Shown: in pieces, positions 12,283 through 27,200 of the stretch
How positions within the stretch are numbered: position 1 is the stretch's first letter
Layout: the number at the start of each line of letters is the position of its first letter
Source of the DNA: Tubulanus polymorphus
Taxonomy: Eukaryota; Animalia; Nemertea
Length of the DNA stretch: 64,000 nt
Reading direction: 5' to 3'
Assembly (NCBI RefSeq): GCF_964204645.1
Contig: NC_134026.1
Location: 23,656,150 to 23,720,149 of the forward strand
Made by a program: the position numbers and the translations under genes
The notes under the pieces: model-generated
Told to the model about the DNA's origin: nothing
Database searches by the model: none
What the model saw: the letters and a program-made list of their open reading frames with translations, nothing else

Positions 12283-15200
12283 ATCATTGCATTTAATTTG
12301 AATGTGAAATTTTGCATGGCGCCTTGATTGGATTTGCCTGATCAAACCGAGTCCGCCGAGAATTGCACTAATTATCTTAATGGTCGGAATTGTATAATGC
12401 AGAGATAGAAGCTTCGATCATAATGGCTGATATAGCAACGATGATACTATCATGACAACGCCATAAAAATCCTCATCATCGTCATTACGCGAGACGTTTT
12501 ATTGTGTGGCGAAAAATCATTGTTTCTTCCACACACGCGCTTATTACTATTTCCGAAAAGTATCTCGACTTTTTCAATTGTTTGTTTCATTCAATTCAAT
12601 TAACTGAATCTTGTCTGAGGATAGATTGCGACTAAACTAGCTTTTCATAAGTAAATATCAATGAAGCTAAGTGTAGACATTATTAATTTCTTCGCGTTTC
12701 GCGTAAATATTTGTTAACGATGCATCGAATTCTCTACCAAGCTTCAGTTCTTATAGCTGTGGCATCCTAACATCCTTACAAAGCAATGGATGTCAGTAAG
12801 AAATTACCTTGAGACTACCTAATTTTGAGGTGTACGCACCTTCTGTGTACCGATAATGAGGGTAATCACATGGAAGGACTGATCAGTCCTAACATGGAGT
12901 TATAAACTCTAGTTTATATGTCAGAATGAACCTCAATGCAAGGCTATCGAACCAGTTTAAAAAACCCAGCTTCAAAGTAAAAAAGAGTCCAGTCAGAAGA
13001 TTTGGCTTAACCCACGGATCTGTAAACCGATCTACGTAAATCTTTGAGAAGCATTCGCTAATTTCTCCAACCGATGACGATGGCTATTGAGGGGTTTCCT
13101 TTTTTTGTTTTACTCGAATCAACAAGAGAAATGAAACACACTAGCGTCGCAGTGCGTACGTTGCGGTGGTCATAGCGTCAACGATCTATCACCACACGTT
13201 GACAGAATCGCAAACATCGTCTTAGTCTATCAGTGACAGATTGCTGGAATCTGAGTGCTTAAATTAAAGCATAATGAATATCGAGCTGATCAAGAGGTTT
13301 GCGAGGGAGTGCGTGTGATGGGCCCATGATGACCACTACGTGCCAACAGCGGGGTCTCCGGAAACCAATCAAACGTAATATCACAAAACAATCAATCATC
13401 AACAATTCCGGTAACTTTACTAAAACTCCGTGCTTCATTCATTCGTTCACCTCCCACATTCGATAAACACGATCTGTATCGATATCAATTCATAGAATGC
13501 AAAACCTGAATTTCTATCAAATTCGTTACACATATTCACATTTACAGTTTATTACTATAGTTTAATTGGTCAATATGAATTGAGCAATGAATAGGAAGGT
13601 ATAATTTTGCCAAAGGATGTTCGGAGACAATGCTGCAACGGTTTATAGGTCGAGGTGACCGACCGACCGTCCAAATGAGATATGAATATTTGATATATGC
13701 GCTACTCATGAGCTCAATAATACAAATTGGGTATTTCATAATCATAAATAAATCGGTCATCGGAATAAACGCAACATTGCACTTGAATCATTCACAAGTG
13801 AAGTTACATGCAACGGCGCGTGCAGCACTTCGCCTTATACATACAGAAACAGTTTAATTGATTCTCACTTTGTTCATTCATTAGCCAAACAATGTTACAG
13901 AAGAAAGCGCTCTCGCTGTAGAATATTCAAAGTCGCTGAATTATTGAATTTCGTACAAAATTGGCAGCTGCAAATTTGTTAGTGTGCCGGATGAACTTTA
14001 TAATCATGCAGCGGAATATCGAAATATCGCGACTACTTTCGTACCCCGACAAACAGACTTCGGTCATAATTTTCTATCTAATCATAGTTTCAATTCCGGT
14101 GGGGCACATTCGGCGAAGCTATCATAATTCTGCAGGCTCGATTACAGCGCCAAAAACTGCAACTGCGAGAACAATAGAAATGCCATTATAAAATACTGGT
14201 TGGCCGATGCTCAAGACTTGGTGCAGTCATAATTTATATCAACCGGGCGACTAATCTTAGCATGCTCCCGATGTATGTTTTATATACAGCAGCTGACAAT
14301 GATGGTCATTTTTCATGTCCAGAGTCAGTTCCATCGACATCTACAAGCACCATGGGAGCGGTTGGCATGCACGAGTCTCATCTAATACCTTGTACAAATT
14401 TGACCGCGTTCGACCGATACCAGCCCCGATAGCGCCTACGAAAATGAGAAAAATGTGAGCATTGAAGGCGAGATCACAAAAAAACATACTTTCGAATATG
14501 CTAACAGATAATCTACTGATATCTGTTAGTACAGAGATAACTGATAAAAGCCTATATCGCATTTACGTATATATGAATGTGATCCACCGAGTACTTTTAA
14601 TGTCGCGTACATCTACGTGTGGTTTAAAGATAGTTTAAAGATATTCGCCCTCAATAGTTCTCAATGAACTTTTTATACATAGCAGTTGCATAAGAAATGG
14701 AGCGAGTTCTGCAATATTGTTTAATTAAGTCTCGCAGAGGGTTTTTACTGACAACATCTCGTAGTTTGGATGGTAACAGTATCATCGAATTACGCAAAAA
14801 TGAGCTATTAGATGAGAGGAATGTGTCCATAAAGCGTGTATGCTTGATAAAACGGGTGTTATCCCAAAGATTTCATGAGCACTCGATTACTGCCGAGGGC
14901 CGGGCTTATCGGGCCTCGAATGTCAAGTAGCATTAATGCGATGATTAAAACGGGCTTTGTGTCCTGATTAACGGCCGGGGCACGCGGCAAACATCCATTC
15001 CCAGACGATCTCGTAGCATCTCCTTTTAGCGGCATGGGTTCATAAAATAATCCGGCCATTGCGTAAATGATTGCATGAGGAACACGCGTATATATATTTC
15101 TGTGTGTAATTTCCGACGGTGACGAGGGGACAAGTGGAGCTATTTTCTCGACCGTAATTATATTACGGGATCGAGGAAACTCTCGTTCGACTGTTTGTAT

Positions 15201-18200
15201 GCGATCGCGTCGTCGTCATCGTGCGAAGCGAATACAACGGCGGCGTAAGTGTCGTCAGCGGGGCAGTGCTCCGGTCTGCCGCGGATCTCCGAGTGTAAAA
15301 CAACGTGATTAAGAGCAAACACAGAAATAATGAACTAACAAGAAAATACCTCCAGTTATTGGATATTAAATGCCACTTTGCGTCGGTTCATAATGATATT
15401 ATACACAAATTTGTCACTCTTTCATCGAAGCAATAAAGCGTGATACAGTTTGCTATAGTAGATTGATCAAGGCGCTTTGCCAGCCGCTTAATTGAATTTC
15501 AATTACTGGATTGCTCTGACTAAGGTTAAATGAACCGCGTTAATCTTTTTTCTTAGTGAATTATTAACGTAATCCAGGGATGGGTGGTCAGATTAAATGG
15601 TTTTTGATTAAAAAAATAAGATTTAGGTGAAAAAGAGCGTCTGGAAGGCCAAGTCGGCATGACAGGCTTTTACTTATAGATGGGACTGTGAACATCAATA
15701 CTGTGGAATACTTCATTCCAACAGTTTTCTAAATCTTGCCCTGAATAGACTTTAAATGCAAGAACTCATTAAAGGCAGGCAACAGTCAAACTTTTCAAAT
15801 ACAAACTAAACAATTTGAACACTCAAAACACATATAGGTATCATATTACCTATAAAAGCTATATAACGACTGCCATGAGTATCACTACACTGAACTCAGT
15901 ATATTGGTTACTTTCTTTTTCCGATTCACTCATTTTGTTCGTATGTCACATACGCAGTAAATTATTCAAAGAACTCGCGCACTTTCGAGCACCATTTGAG
16001 GACAGCATTCGATCATATCGAAAATGATAACCCATCAACTGACGACACTTGCACCTTTAAAAAATGTTCTCAATTTACTTTCAATTCGACCATTAAATAA
16101 TTCATCGGCAGCTGATGGGTTATACTAAAGCAACCATCTATCATTCGTCATGATTGAACTGCCATGCAGGTCGACTACTGCTCTAAATTGATTCGAAAAT
16201 TTTGCTTTCACCGCGTCGAAACGACGGGTGGCTGTCACCATAACTGTCACAAGATGCGCCAAGCATAAAGCGAAAATCTACTGCACAGCCGAGCAAACAT
16301 ATACCAATACAACATGCAGTGACTAATGGACTGCTCGAGGAGGTAGCTACTACTATAATGATCTATACCTATCTCCGTATCGTACGAGCATGATGAAGTC
16401 ACACGTACAACCGATAACAGACATAGATATTGGTATATAATTCCTAGATCAGTACTGAATATTCACGGATCCTATATAAAAGATCGCTATGATAAAAAAG
16501 ATGAAAATGTTCTGTTTAATATGAGCATATCCAACTGCAACATTTAAGCTACGGGTATATTCTTATTATAGTCATCATCAGCCATACTGGCATACAATAT
16601 GCCTAATGATGCAGTTAAATCTACTCATATTGTACAGAAAATTTCTCGTCTTTCTTATTGTGAGATTTTCTAACTATTCTCTTACATGGAAATTGTGCAT
16701 TATCTCGACTTGAAGATTCATTATCCCATTCGATGGAAACGGTTCGATATTGGCCACTGGAACCAATATCAATAAGCGAAAAACTTTATTCGCAGAGAGA
16801 ATCAAAATCTGACTTAATGCACACGAAACATCGTAAATCAACTGTCTTAAAAAGATTGCCCGCAGTGTAAAAAGAAATTTAGGTATTTACAGATAACTTA
16901 GATGAATTGAATATAGCTAATCGATTTTATTAGAGATATATCATATAACTATAGACAGAACATTACTTGTAGTTCAAAATCAATGAACGGTGCTCTAAAT
17001 GACCTTTCGATCAACATATCACGTGACAGACTCGCGCCAACAAGAATATTCCTTGTCTTCCGTGTTATGTACTCGGATTTTGACTTGGTCATCGTAATAA
17101 AGTATGCCATCAGTGATGGCCAATTTATTGACTGTGAACTGGTCCATATCTCAGTAGAGTCACTTTCGTTACCATTGATGCGAACTCGCCATGAACTTGT
17201 CAAATATTCATGGCAATATGCCTGTGTCTATCTTCTGTATACGCGAGGGGACCATAAACGTGTTCACATATTCATGATTACTCGCAGCACCGATATTTTA
17301 GGGAGTATGGTTAGATTACGGAATCCAAACTGTGATTTCTTTTCTCGCGGCTGCCACGATTGTTCGCGGACCTCAGAACTTGATCCGCGAACAAGTGGGA
17401 CCAACTGCCGCTCATTGCGGAATAAAAATGCCATTAATACTACATACATGATCATACGTATAACCATAAGCGTTTGTGATGTTTTCCGCCGGGAGAATAA
17501 ACATTTGGCTGGAAAAGTTGGCCATCAAGAGAAAAATCCATATTTGCACATAAATCAGCAGGAACAAACCAATTTACAAAATATTCCTGAAAATCAACGC
17601 GGACCTTTATATGAAGAATAAAGCTAAACTATAATTGGCTAGGTCTTTACCATCATGACGGGAAGAAGACATAAACAAAAGTTAGAAATTTGCGTTGAAG
17701 CCTTCCATTTCACGATCATAGTATTTTTGAAATTCTATCAATTTTGTTCGTAAGAAAAATCGATTATACTTACGATACTTCTCCAATAACTGAGAACGCT
17801 TCCAGTAAATGCTGGGGTTCTATATCTTGCCCGAGGTCGCCGACGAATATATGAAAATGTTCTGAAAATAGAGAAAAATAAACTAATATTAGACATGAAA
17901 TAGGAAGCGTAATATTTCATTCTTCATACGGAGTATTCTTTTTTAAATATGTCTTCAAGGGGATGTTTTCATATCAACTATGCTGTCTATAACTAATCTG
18001 ATTCCTATTGTTGATGGTTTGTGGGGAGACATGGATATCTACTGTGTGTTCATGTATGCTGCGAATGTATCAGATATGCCGACTCGGTGCGCTTCAATAC
18101 AAAGAATTGATGAGGTTGACAGAGAGAAGGTTGACAAAGATACAGCACTGACAGAGAAAATTGATATTTGTCGAGGTATATATTTCGTGAACGTTCTATA

Positions 18201-21200
18201 AGGAATATTATCCGTGACGAGTTGACATCTGAAATGGGTTGCATTTACTATTTCCAAGACAAGGATGTACATTACCATTCCTCGCTGAAGGATGGAAAAA
18301 ACCCAGATTCAACACACACACACACACACACACACGTAGCTGGGACACTACCAGCGAGAGAAAACCAACCGACAGCTACTTCTGATATCAAGTAGACCCT
18401 ATACATCTCTAGATAAGAAAGCTGAGCGAATACTTTCAATGGTGTGATATATTTTATTGCCATTGGAGTAGCTGCCTTTTGTATCACGTCGATGGCGCCT
18501 ATGTGACGATGAAGAACAGAATGCATTTGTCTCAACAACAGATAGATGTGCCGCTAAACCGAGCAATTATTGTCAGCAAAAGGCTCCATAAATCTTAATG
18601 AACGATTTCACTTTCCCTGATTTTTCTCGCGCGGCAATTGAATCTATAAACTCGTTTAATGGCAATGAAAATGTAACGCCCATTCAAGGTCATTCTCAAG
18701 TGCCACCTTCATGTACATACACCCAGACAAGGAAGGAATACCGAATGAACGACCTTGCTGGCAAAACCAATACCCTCGGGGTACATCTGATACCTCCAGT
18801 GGTACAACCAATATCGAAAGTAAACTAGCGCAGATCGATGAATCAGTGAAATCAGCATGACTGTACAGGTCAGTACCAGTCAGTGCAAGGGATGGAACAT
18901 CACTTCCATCACCAACACATCTCCTAAATACTAACAACGGCGACATTGCTCACCGCGGCACATGCCAATCTAGAAATATTTACAAAGCTCTCCAACAGAC
19001 CATAATGCGACATACCATTGTGCATTAATTTTCTACCATCCTCCAAATAAACAAACAAATATTCATCATTTCAAATAAGCAATCAGGTAAATTATATATC
19101 GATTCGATGCAGATGATTTTGGCGATTATTGATTCATAAATCGTTTCCTCTTCAAATGCGTGCGCGTTAGCTTCACACACCCCATATTAATTGATAACAA
19201 TCCTGGATTATTACGGAGGTCAATCGCGGGACGTTTTAACCGTGCGATAAACCCATTTGTCCGTAGCAACGACGGGGAGAGAAGATGAGCGACGGAATAC
19301 AACCCGTTGATGGTGCATGAAAGTCATGCACACCTCGAGGAAATGAATCAATCACAACGTTCTTTCCATCCTCCATCATATCATAGCTACCGTGAGACAG
19401 ATGTCCATCATCAATGAAAATATAAAATCATAACATCAATGATTGAATGATTGAAGCGAAAATAAAGCGCGGCTAGTTGCGTATGCATGCATTCGATAAA
19501 AGTTTTCCGATTGGAGGACTGGCCAAAAAAAATATAACGGCTTGAAAAACAGCTCATAATATCATCGACATTCGTAGTGATCAACAATCGTGTTAAATGC
19601 TTTCTACGTCCACGCACGATTTGTTAATTAATCAAGCCAAGTAGTTTGTCCGCAGCGTGTAGCAAAGTGATTTTATGATGAGCGAAAACTTTTCAATCAA
19701 AATATGAATGGCGCGGAAGTGTGCCAATGGCTATAATCGAAAAACATAAAACATAATGTTCAAGAACGCTTCTGTGAAGACACCCATCTACTGAGCGTCC
19801 TTGATATGACATCAAAGTGGATTCGGTACAAACACACGAAATCAACAATGCGAAAATCTATTTGGAAGCTAGATGAGGAAAAACTCGATCTCGTCATCAA
19901 TAATGAATTCAGTCGACAGCGAATGGATAGTCTACAACTGAAGCCTGACCCACACGCCGGCATCGTTCATTCATAGGAATAAACGAGTCGCCAAATAACG
20001 CGCCTGCTCACGATTTATCTAAGCCCAATATTTGTCTTGTCATGAAAAGAGAGATGCATTGCAAAGCTCAAAAAATAATTACTGAGACAGAATCTTAATT
20101 AGCTGACAAAACCAGATGCTCGAGTCTATATTGTTTTTATGGCGAACTTTCAACTCGATGAGTGATTTAGCCGAGGAGTCTGTATTTGTCGTCGGATGAA
20201 TCGTGGTTGGTTACTGTCACGTAGTTGTCTCGGTATTGTCAATTTTTTCGCCGATGAATTGATTGTGCGCTCGCTAATCAAGCATGGCGTTTGAAAGATT
20301 ATCTAGGGTCAATTGCAAAGCTAATGCGTAATCCCTCAGAAAAGACGCTGCGAGATAAGTTAATACATCCGACATACTCTTGGCGACTGTCAAGTTACCC
20401 CAAATGGTCAGTCCTCCGGGAATCACCGGATCAAACAACAGTTTATAACGTCGTACTGATGCAAGCTATACCCAACATACTTGAGATTGCTAGTATTAGC
20501 CTATGTCACAATCGTTGTTCAAATGAGTCAGTGATGAGAATTTATGTCGGGTTCATGCACAGTTTTATCCTATTATCCGGCCATGTCTTGGGTATTTCAC
20601 TAGCAACTTATCTGAAAAAGAATCTCCGAGGTCAGAGAATATAGCGTAGCGTTACAGTGTCCACAACGACGATGACGATTGCAACGGCTGATGTGCATGC
20701 CAGCAAATACCACAGTTTATCGCATATTGATAACATTTATTCAATTTAGCATTGGCGCAAGTGTGCGATATATACGGCCTCGGCGAATAATCGAAGAAAG
20801 ACACGAGACACGAGAAACCGCCATCAGACATTCCGTCATCATTCCTTTTTCTGGGAAAATATAGGTTAATATGGCATAAAAAAAAATCAACACAGAACCA
20901 GACAGTACCGCGTGACCAATCGGTCAATACCGCCGAATAGAAAACCAAGATGGCCGCTCACGATGAACTATGCGATACGCATCTTTAGAATTAGTCTCTG
21001 TAAAAAGTATTAGGTTGTCAAGTGGTCCTTTTGAGAAAAGTAAGGGGAAAGTAGGGATCAAGTTATCTTCTCGGCAGGGCCAAAATAGGGATTTAAGATG
21101 GCCGGACAGGACATAAAAATTCACTAACAAATACTGCTTCACTTATGCTATGGGAATGTTCCAATGTCCTCGGTTATCATTTTTTGGTAGTTATATCATC

Positions 21201-24200
21201 AAAACAGGTATTGGCATCGACTTCTTGAATCTAGGTGACACAAGCCGAACTTATATCAAGGTAAAAGAGATGTTAAACAACATAAGAATTTCGGAAGGTT
21301 TATTTTAACACTTTTTTTTGACGGGTGTTTTTTGGAAAATCTAGGGAAAAATAGGGAAATACACCTTTTTCACGTCAAAAAAATTAGTTAAGATGACACT
21401 TTTTGACAGTGAAAAGTAGGAACAGTAGGGCCCGCTTGATAGCCGTAAGTATCATACACATCTTTGATGTCGTTGCTTTGAAATTTGATGTATGCTTTCA
21501 ATAAATCTAACATTGTGGGTATCAATGAACCGATCTCAAGCTACATAACTCAGCTCATGAGTTACCCGGGGAAATATTGAGACTGTGACTCTGCTGAGTT
21601 AGATTTCCATGTTTCTCGAAAAACAACGTGCAGATGAAAATGACTGAAGATGAAGGCGGCTAGCACTCCCTCCTCATAAGGCATAAAAATCGGCTGAATG
21701 CTTTCGAAAGATTAATCACCTCCCCAGGCTACAGAAAGATAGTAGATGGTGACGTGACCACATATTTGATCTGCCACAAAACTGTATTTCTATGTGTGTT
21801 TAAACAATTTGCATGTTTAGCCAGCAATCGAATCCATGTTAATAAACATTAGCCGACGATATCTCGCGGGATTTCGCAATTCAGCAGTAGCCATGTGAAG
21901 AGAGTGGTCACTAAAAACCAATGGGAATTTGACAAGCTAATATAGTAAAAACATCGCCGAACACCATAACCCCTCAGCGATTTGTGGCACTGTAATTGCA
22001 AGTTGTCTGGTAATAGGATTAGCAAGTCGAATGCGCCTCTGATCCATTCCATGGGAATTCAAAGGATATGAAGGCATGTTAAAAATTTTCAACCCAACCA
22101 CATTCGACGTAGCTTTTTTTTACGTATACCTCTGCACCGAAACAAACGGATAGCTGTTTTTAATAGCTTACACTAATTAAGCGTGAAAATTTTTAACAGT
22201 TTTATGCAGTCGCACCTCGGGAATTTCACGGCATGGCAGGTCAATTGGCAAGAGGCAGGAATGGACATGGATGTAATGCAAAACGCATTATCTATCGTCA
22301 AGCGGTTGAAAGTAATTACGTGGAACAAATGGCCTGTGGGTTTACTTTTTTGGTGATAAGACTCGAGCAAGAAAGTTGTTTTTTGAACTGAGTAAAGCTT
22401 GGATTGGCAAGATCAGAATTTGAATTCAAAGCTTATGGCTTGTTCATACCGAAGGAGCTCAAGGCAGCGAAGATCCCGGGGACTTAAATGAAGTCAATCA
22501 TCCTGTCACTGGGTAGTATCCGGTACAATCGAATGAAAGCAACTGCTCTGCTGTTTTCCAATTTCTAAGAAACATGTTTCAAGTCTCAACCGGTGCGAAG
22601 ATGAAATACAGTCGGATTCTGTGTTAAGCATATCAATATACGGTAATGACCATATTCATGCTTAGACACATGTCTGAGCGGTTTCGTAGTTGTGTTTGAA
22701 ATTCTGCCGCACATAAGAAACTAAGCAATAGACTATATTGCAACAAGATATCTATCATTCCCCGCTGACCACTTTCTCCGGGCCTTTTATGGCTGACCAT
22801 TTCCGGAGAAATAGCATTTATGAGCATTAACTTATACATGGAAACATTTTGCAACCAACAAGTCATTACGTCTCGGGTGGTGAAAAACCTATCTAGATAC
22901 AATCAACCTTGCCCCCACATGGACTGTATCAAATTAGCTATAGCGTTTATCATTCTTGCATACACTGCTCTGGAATTACCTCTGTTCAACTCCGAGTGGT
23001 CAGCAATATGTCCGATTACAGAAACTTATCCATCCCGAATCATGCATTCGGGGGGGGGGGGGGGTGATATGTTAGTGATATACTGCTACCTGGGGCTTTC
23101 TTCACAAGGGCAAATATGATTATAAACCCTTTTTGTTATACTTGAAACAGCTACAAGTTGGTCGGCCTAGATGAAATTCATGGATGCAGCCAATAATTGC
23201 GTGGGTTGTTGTGACCTTGACTTCATGACAGTCGTCAATCAGGAAAAGTTGGAATAATATATAAGCTATCTATTTGTGTGGAATACGGGCAACCGTTGAA
23301 AAACTTAAAAACATAACGCATATGTGTTTCTGAAGTCTTCTATAGTCTTGACAAGTGACGATCATTTGAAAAGCTGCATGCAATAAAATGTCGCACTTTT
23401 ATACAAACAAATGGCATCGGCTTAATCCAGCGATGTGAGACTGTGCGTGCTGACGTATCACCAACTGCAACATCGGGAACACAAACGTCAGATGGAAAGA
23501 GAAGTCATATGAAAAATGATTTCATGGAAGCAAAGTAAACATGAAGGCAGAATATTCCAAGAGGAAATTGCGGAAGATTGATTTCCCAGTGGCTGATCCT
23601 TAAGCAGTAAGGATAACTATGAAAAGGTTGATTAGATACAGTCATCAGCCTGTGGCTCAGTATATTCTTGTCCACAGTCTTAGCTGGATGAATATTACAT
23701 ATCTCCGTGTTTTCAGCCTAATCAGTTCGGCTATGTGCCTTTAACCCTTCCTTTTCCAGATTTAAGCGAGGTCGGATAGAGGCATATGATCTTGTAAGCA
23801 GAACTAAATTAAGACTGTGGCCATTTTCTTCCAAATTCGTAACCAACAGAAATCAACCAATTGAATAACCATATCCAGAAAATTTCAAAATAACCCCAAT
23901 GTTTTCGTACATTCAAGAACTTGCATCAACATCGTATAGAGACAACAGCTTTCAGACATAGAAAACTATGTTGTTCTATTAATGGAACAACCATCTCAAG
24001 ACAGTTCACCGAAGTAATATCATTACTGGCTACAACTTTTGTCCGTCATTTACCGCAGTTATTCGGAATGGACCAATCAATTATGTTCTGTAGTTTTACG
24101 ATCTCATTGTCCCGAGCATTAATTGCAACAGTAAGGAAGCGCCGGCTAGGTAAGTTGTCCGCGAGGTAATCATCAATGACGTCGCATCATGGATTTGCAG

Positions 24201-27200
24201 CATCTCCCGGCAGCGGTGATGCGCAATTAATCAAAGCAGATATGATAGTATGTGTGGACATCTGATCACCATCAACGTATTCTCTTGTGTATTACCTATC
24301 ACAGGGTTTTATATTACTTAGTTAACTGATATTAGCTCAGCTCAGGTTGATATGGATGGATATGACGTATAACATGCACAATATGCAGACTAACCCTGAG
24401 ACCCTTCAATGCTGTCTAACCCTAAAACCTGTCAAGATTTATCCAATAATTCTATCGAATCATTCCATCTTCGTGGCATATTTCCATTCAGGTTATGTAA
24501 TAGAGATGTATTTTCAAAATGAGGATATCATCATAACTCTCATATCAGCATTTAAGTTCTTTTTCTCTTTTTTTCATCGAATCTTGTAATTTGTATCAGT
24601 ACCATTTAGCCTGCGGCTGCTTAGAAGCACAGACGATAAAACGCTCGGCGTTTTTTTCCCATTATCATGAAATGTTGCGTAAGACCCTTCTTCTTATGTG
24701 CGCATTTAAGTGATGAAAAATTCTGGATTCAACGTCCCCGAGAATGCTTCAATGGATTGTGGCACTGGGATCAATGGAGGCGTATTTAGCTTTCATCAAG
24801 CGCAATTGTTTGTCTGTTCTGTTTGCCAATCTCGGGAGTTAAATTTGTCCCTGGTATAGGTGGTTATAACGTGATGCCAGCAGTCACAATGATGACACAG
24901 CACTAATGAAGCTATTTTGTGTTGGCACTTGGGGGTTGCAAACTTATTCAACGCTGCAGACAGGAGGCACCTGGTCTTTAAATATCCAATAATACGTCAT
25001 TAATGGCCCTATTTACCACTTGCCATGTAAATTCTATGTCATAATCCCCAGAGTGATCAGCAGTGTGGTTCACCAGGGCAAAAATAGAAATCATCCACTA
25101 TTACTTGTATATGAACCCCAATACCACATTAAATATCAATTTACAAAAATATTCAAATACTTAGAAAATAAATCTTTGACTTAACTCCTGAAGTCGGAAT
25201 ACCCAGTACTACATTTTGTTGTTATACCATTCTATATTCTCTATAAAGCCCAAATATTACATTATATATATGGTGAATAAGTTGCTTGATAATGATGGTT
25301 CAAGCGAAACGAATGCATCTACAAAGGTCTCACACTGAATTATTTATAAGAAATAAATGGCCACCGATTGAGCACTACCTTGTTGGAAATACTATAGTTC
25401 CTTTTATCTACACGATGATTATAAGGCTCTCTTCAATCTTTCACTAAAGTGATAATAGCTTGAGATACCTTTTAGTGATATAAAGCATTACCCAAATACT
25501 TCATGGCTCTTCTTAACAAAATCGCTTCTTGTTTCACCTTAGCTTATCTGCGTATGAATATGCGCTAATAGTATATATTCATTTAAGACCCCTGTTTTGG
25601 TCATTTGATATGCGTAGGCCATATCAGCCATGTAAAATTTTGTCATCTGCAGAATTCAAATGTTTTATGATAAAATGCATGCTATAACTAAAGGGTTTTT
25701 AATACCACCGTGCACTTAGCAATGTAATCAAACAGTTCAATCAATAATACGTATCCTATTAAGGATTATAATTAAGGGATGGAATGGGAACGCTCATTTA
25801 GGCGACCGAAGTGAACAAAAAAATGTGGTATGTGTTTGGCGGCGGGATATTGATTTCATACTTAAATGTGGGAAATTACGCGTCTGTTTTCGTTCCGCAA
25901 AATCGATGTGACTGTTCAGGCAACCACCGCTGCTGGCTTCGTAACTTTGTCGGCTATTCAACGTAGCAGACCGCGTAGGCTGTAGACGTTTTAACTTTCA
26001 AGAAGACGTTTTCGGCTTGTCACAAAGATGGTGGATCATTGACAGAGGAGAAATTTAGTGGCAGTCATTGAGAATATGTTGGCAGATATTCAGCCACTTG
26101 AATAAATGAAGCTTGATCTAGGCCGACACTGATGTCCATACATTAACGCCAGCAGAGATACGCTTTCTTCCCGATATCCTACTACACTTGCCGTTGTCAT
26201 CATATGTTGCTGCCACATCAAGAGCCATTTTCTAAATGTTGTCGACAGAAGAGTTAAGACTGTTAGCTCATCATGACGAGAGAATCAACACGGATCATAA
26301 TGATAATGTAGTCGCCGCGGTTATGGAGAAACTGTCAGACAAACAGAGTATATACCATTCATTCATATGTAAAAGGTGATTTCCTAATGTCTAATAGATA
26401 GATGCATTAACGTTACGGATATTTACTTCTTAGATAATGCGTGGCTTCAATATGAGCTGTTAACTACATGCACAACCCTAATGAAGTGACAAAAGCTAAT
26501 TTTGTTGGTTAATGGCAGCAAACACATTGATGCCCGGGGGTTGTCTGGTTCCTTTCCTTATGATACAAATGCTAAAAGCGATTAACATATCATACGTATG
26601 GGATACTTACTACTTGTGTCTTGTTTCTGTGTCGTGCCACCAGATGTCGCCCAATTTACCTTCATTTCCTGAAACGAACAAAGTCGAAAATGCATTTCAA
26701 TCATTTAGGCTAAATCGATGCTAGTAAAAAATCTAGACTGCTTTTATTGCGCGATCATCATGGGATAGGGAACCGGGCTTTAAATAATTCCGAGCACGTT
26801 TACAGTCAAGCGTGCTATTAAAGAAATGGTTTCGATCGCATCGGGGTAATGTATGTTTATAGCAGAATGCTGCAACGGTTCCTTGAATAGAACCCTTTCC
26901 GGGTTTTGCTTTTCTATCTCTAGAAATCTAGCAGCAAAACTCAATCAACCCGTTGATCAAAGACTAATTTAATGCCCTAGGTCACTGCCATTCATCACGG
27001 CTTGAGGTCTGCAATGCCTTCTTGTAAGTGTTTTACGAGGGTGTTTTATCGTTTTTCGGACATATAATTTGGCGCGATAGCTGGTCGCCGAGTGATCACA
27101 ATCGGCTTGTTCGTAGTTCGCTTCAGCTGACAATCAAGATGTGATATACTGCAACTGGAAAACAATCAATTGACCACAACAAGATGAGGACAATTGATTT

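Noticed and set aside
16983-17621. Longest ORF in the track (212 aa, plus strand) as a nested gene
   Set aside because: No recognisable domain or splice structure; the composition looks like translated non-coding DNA.
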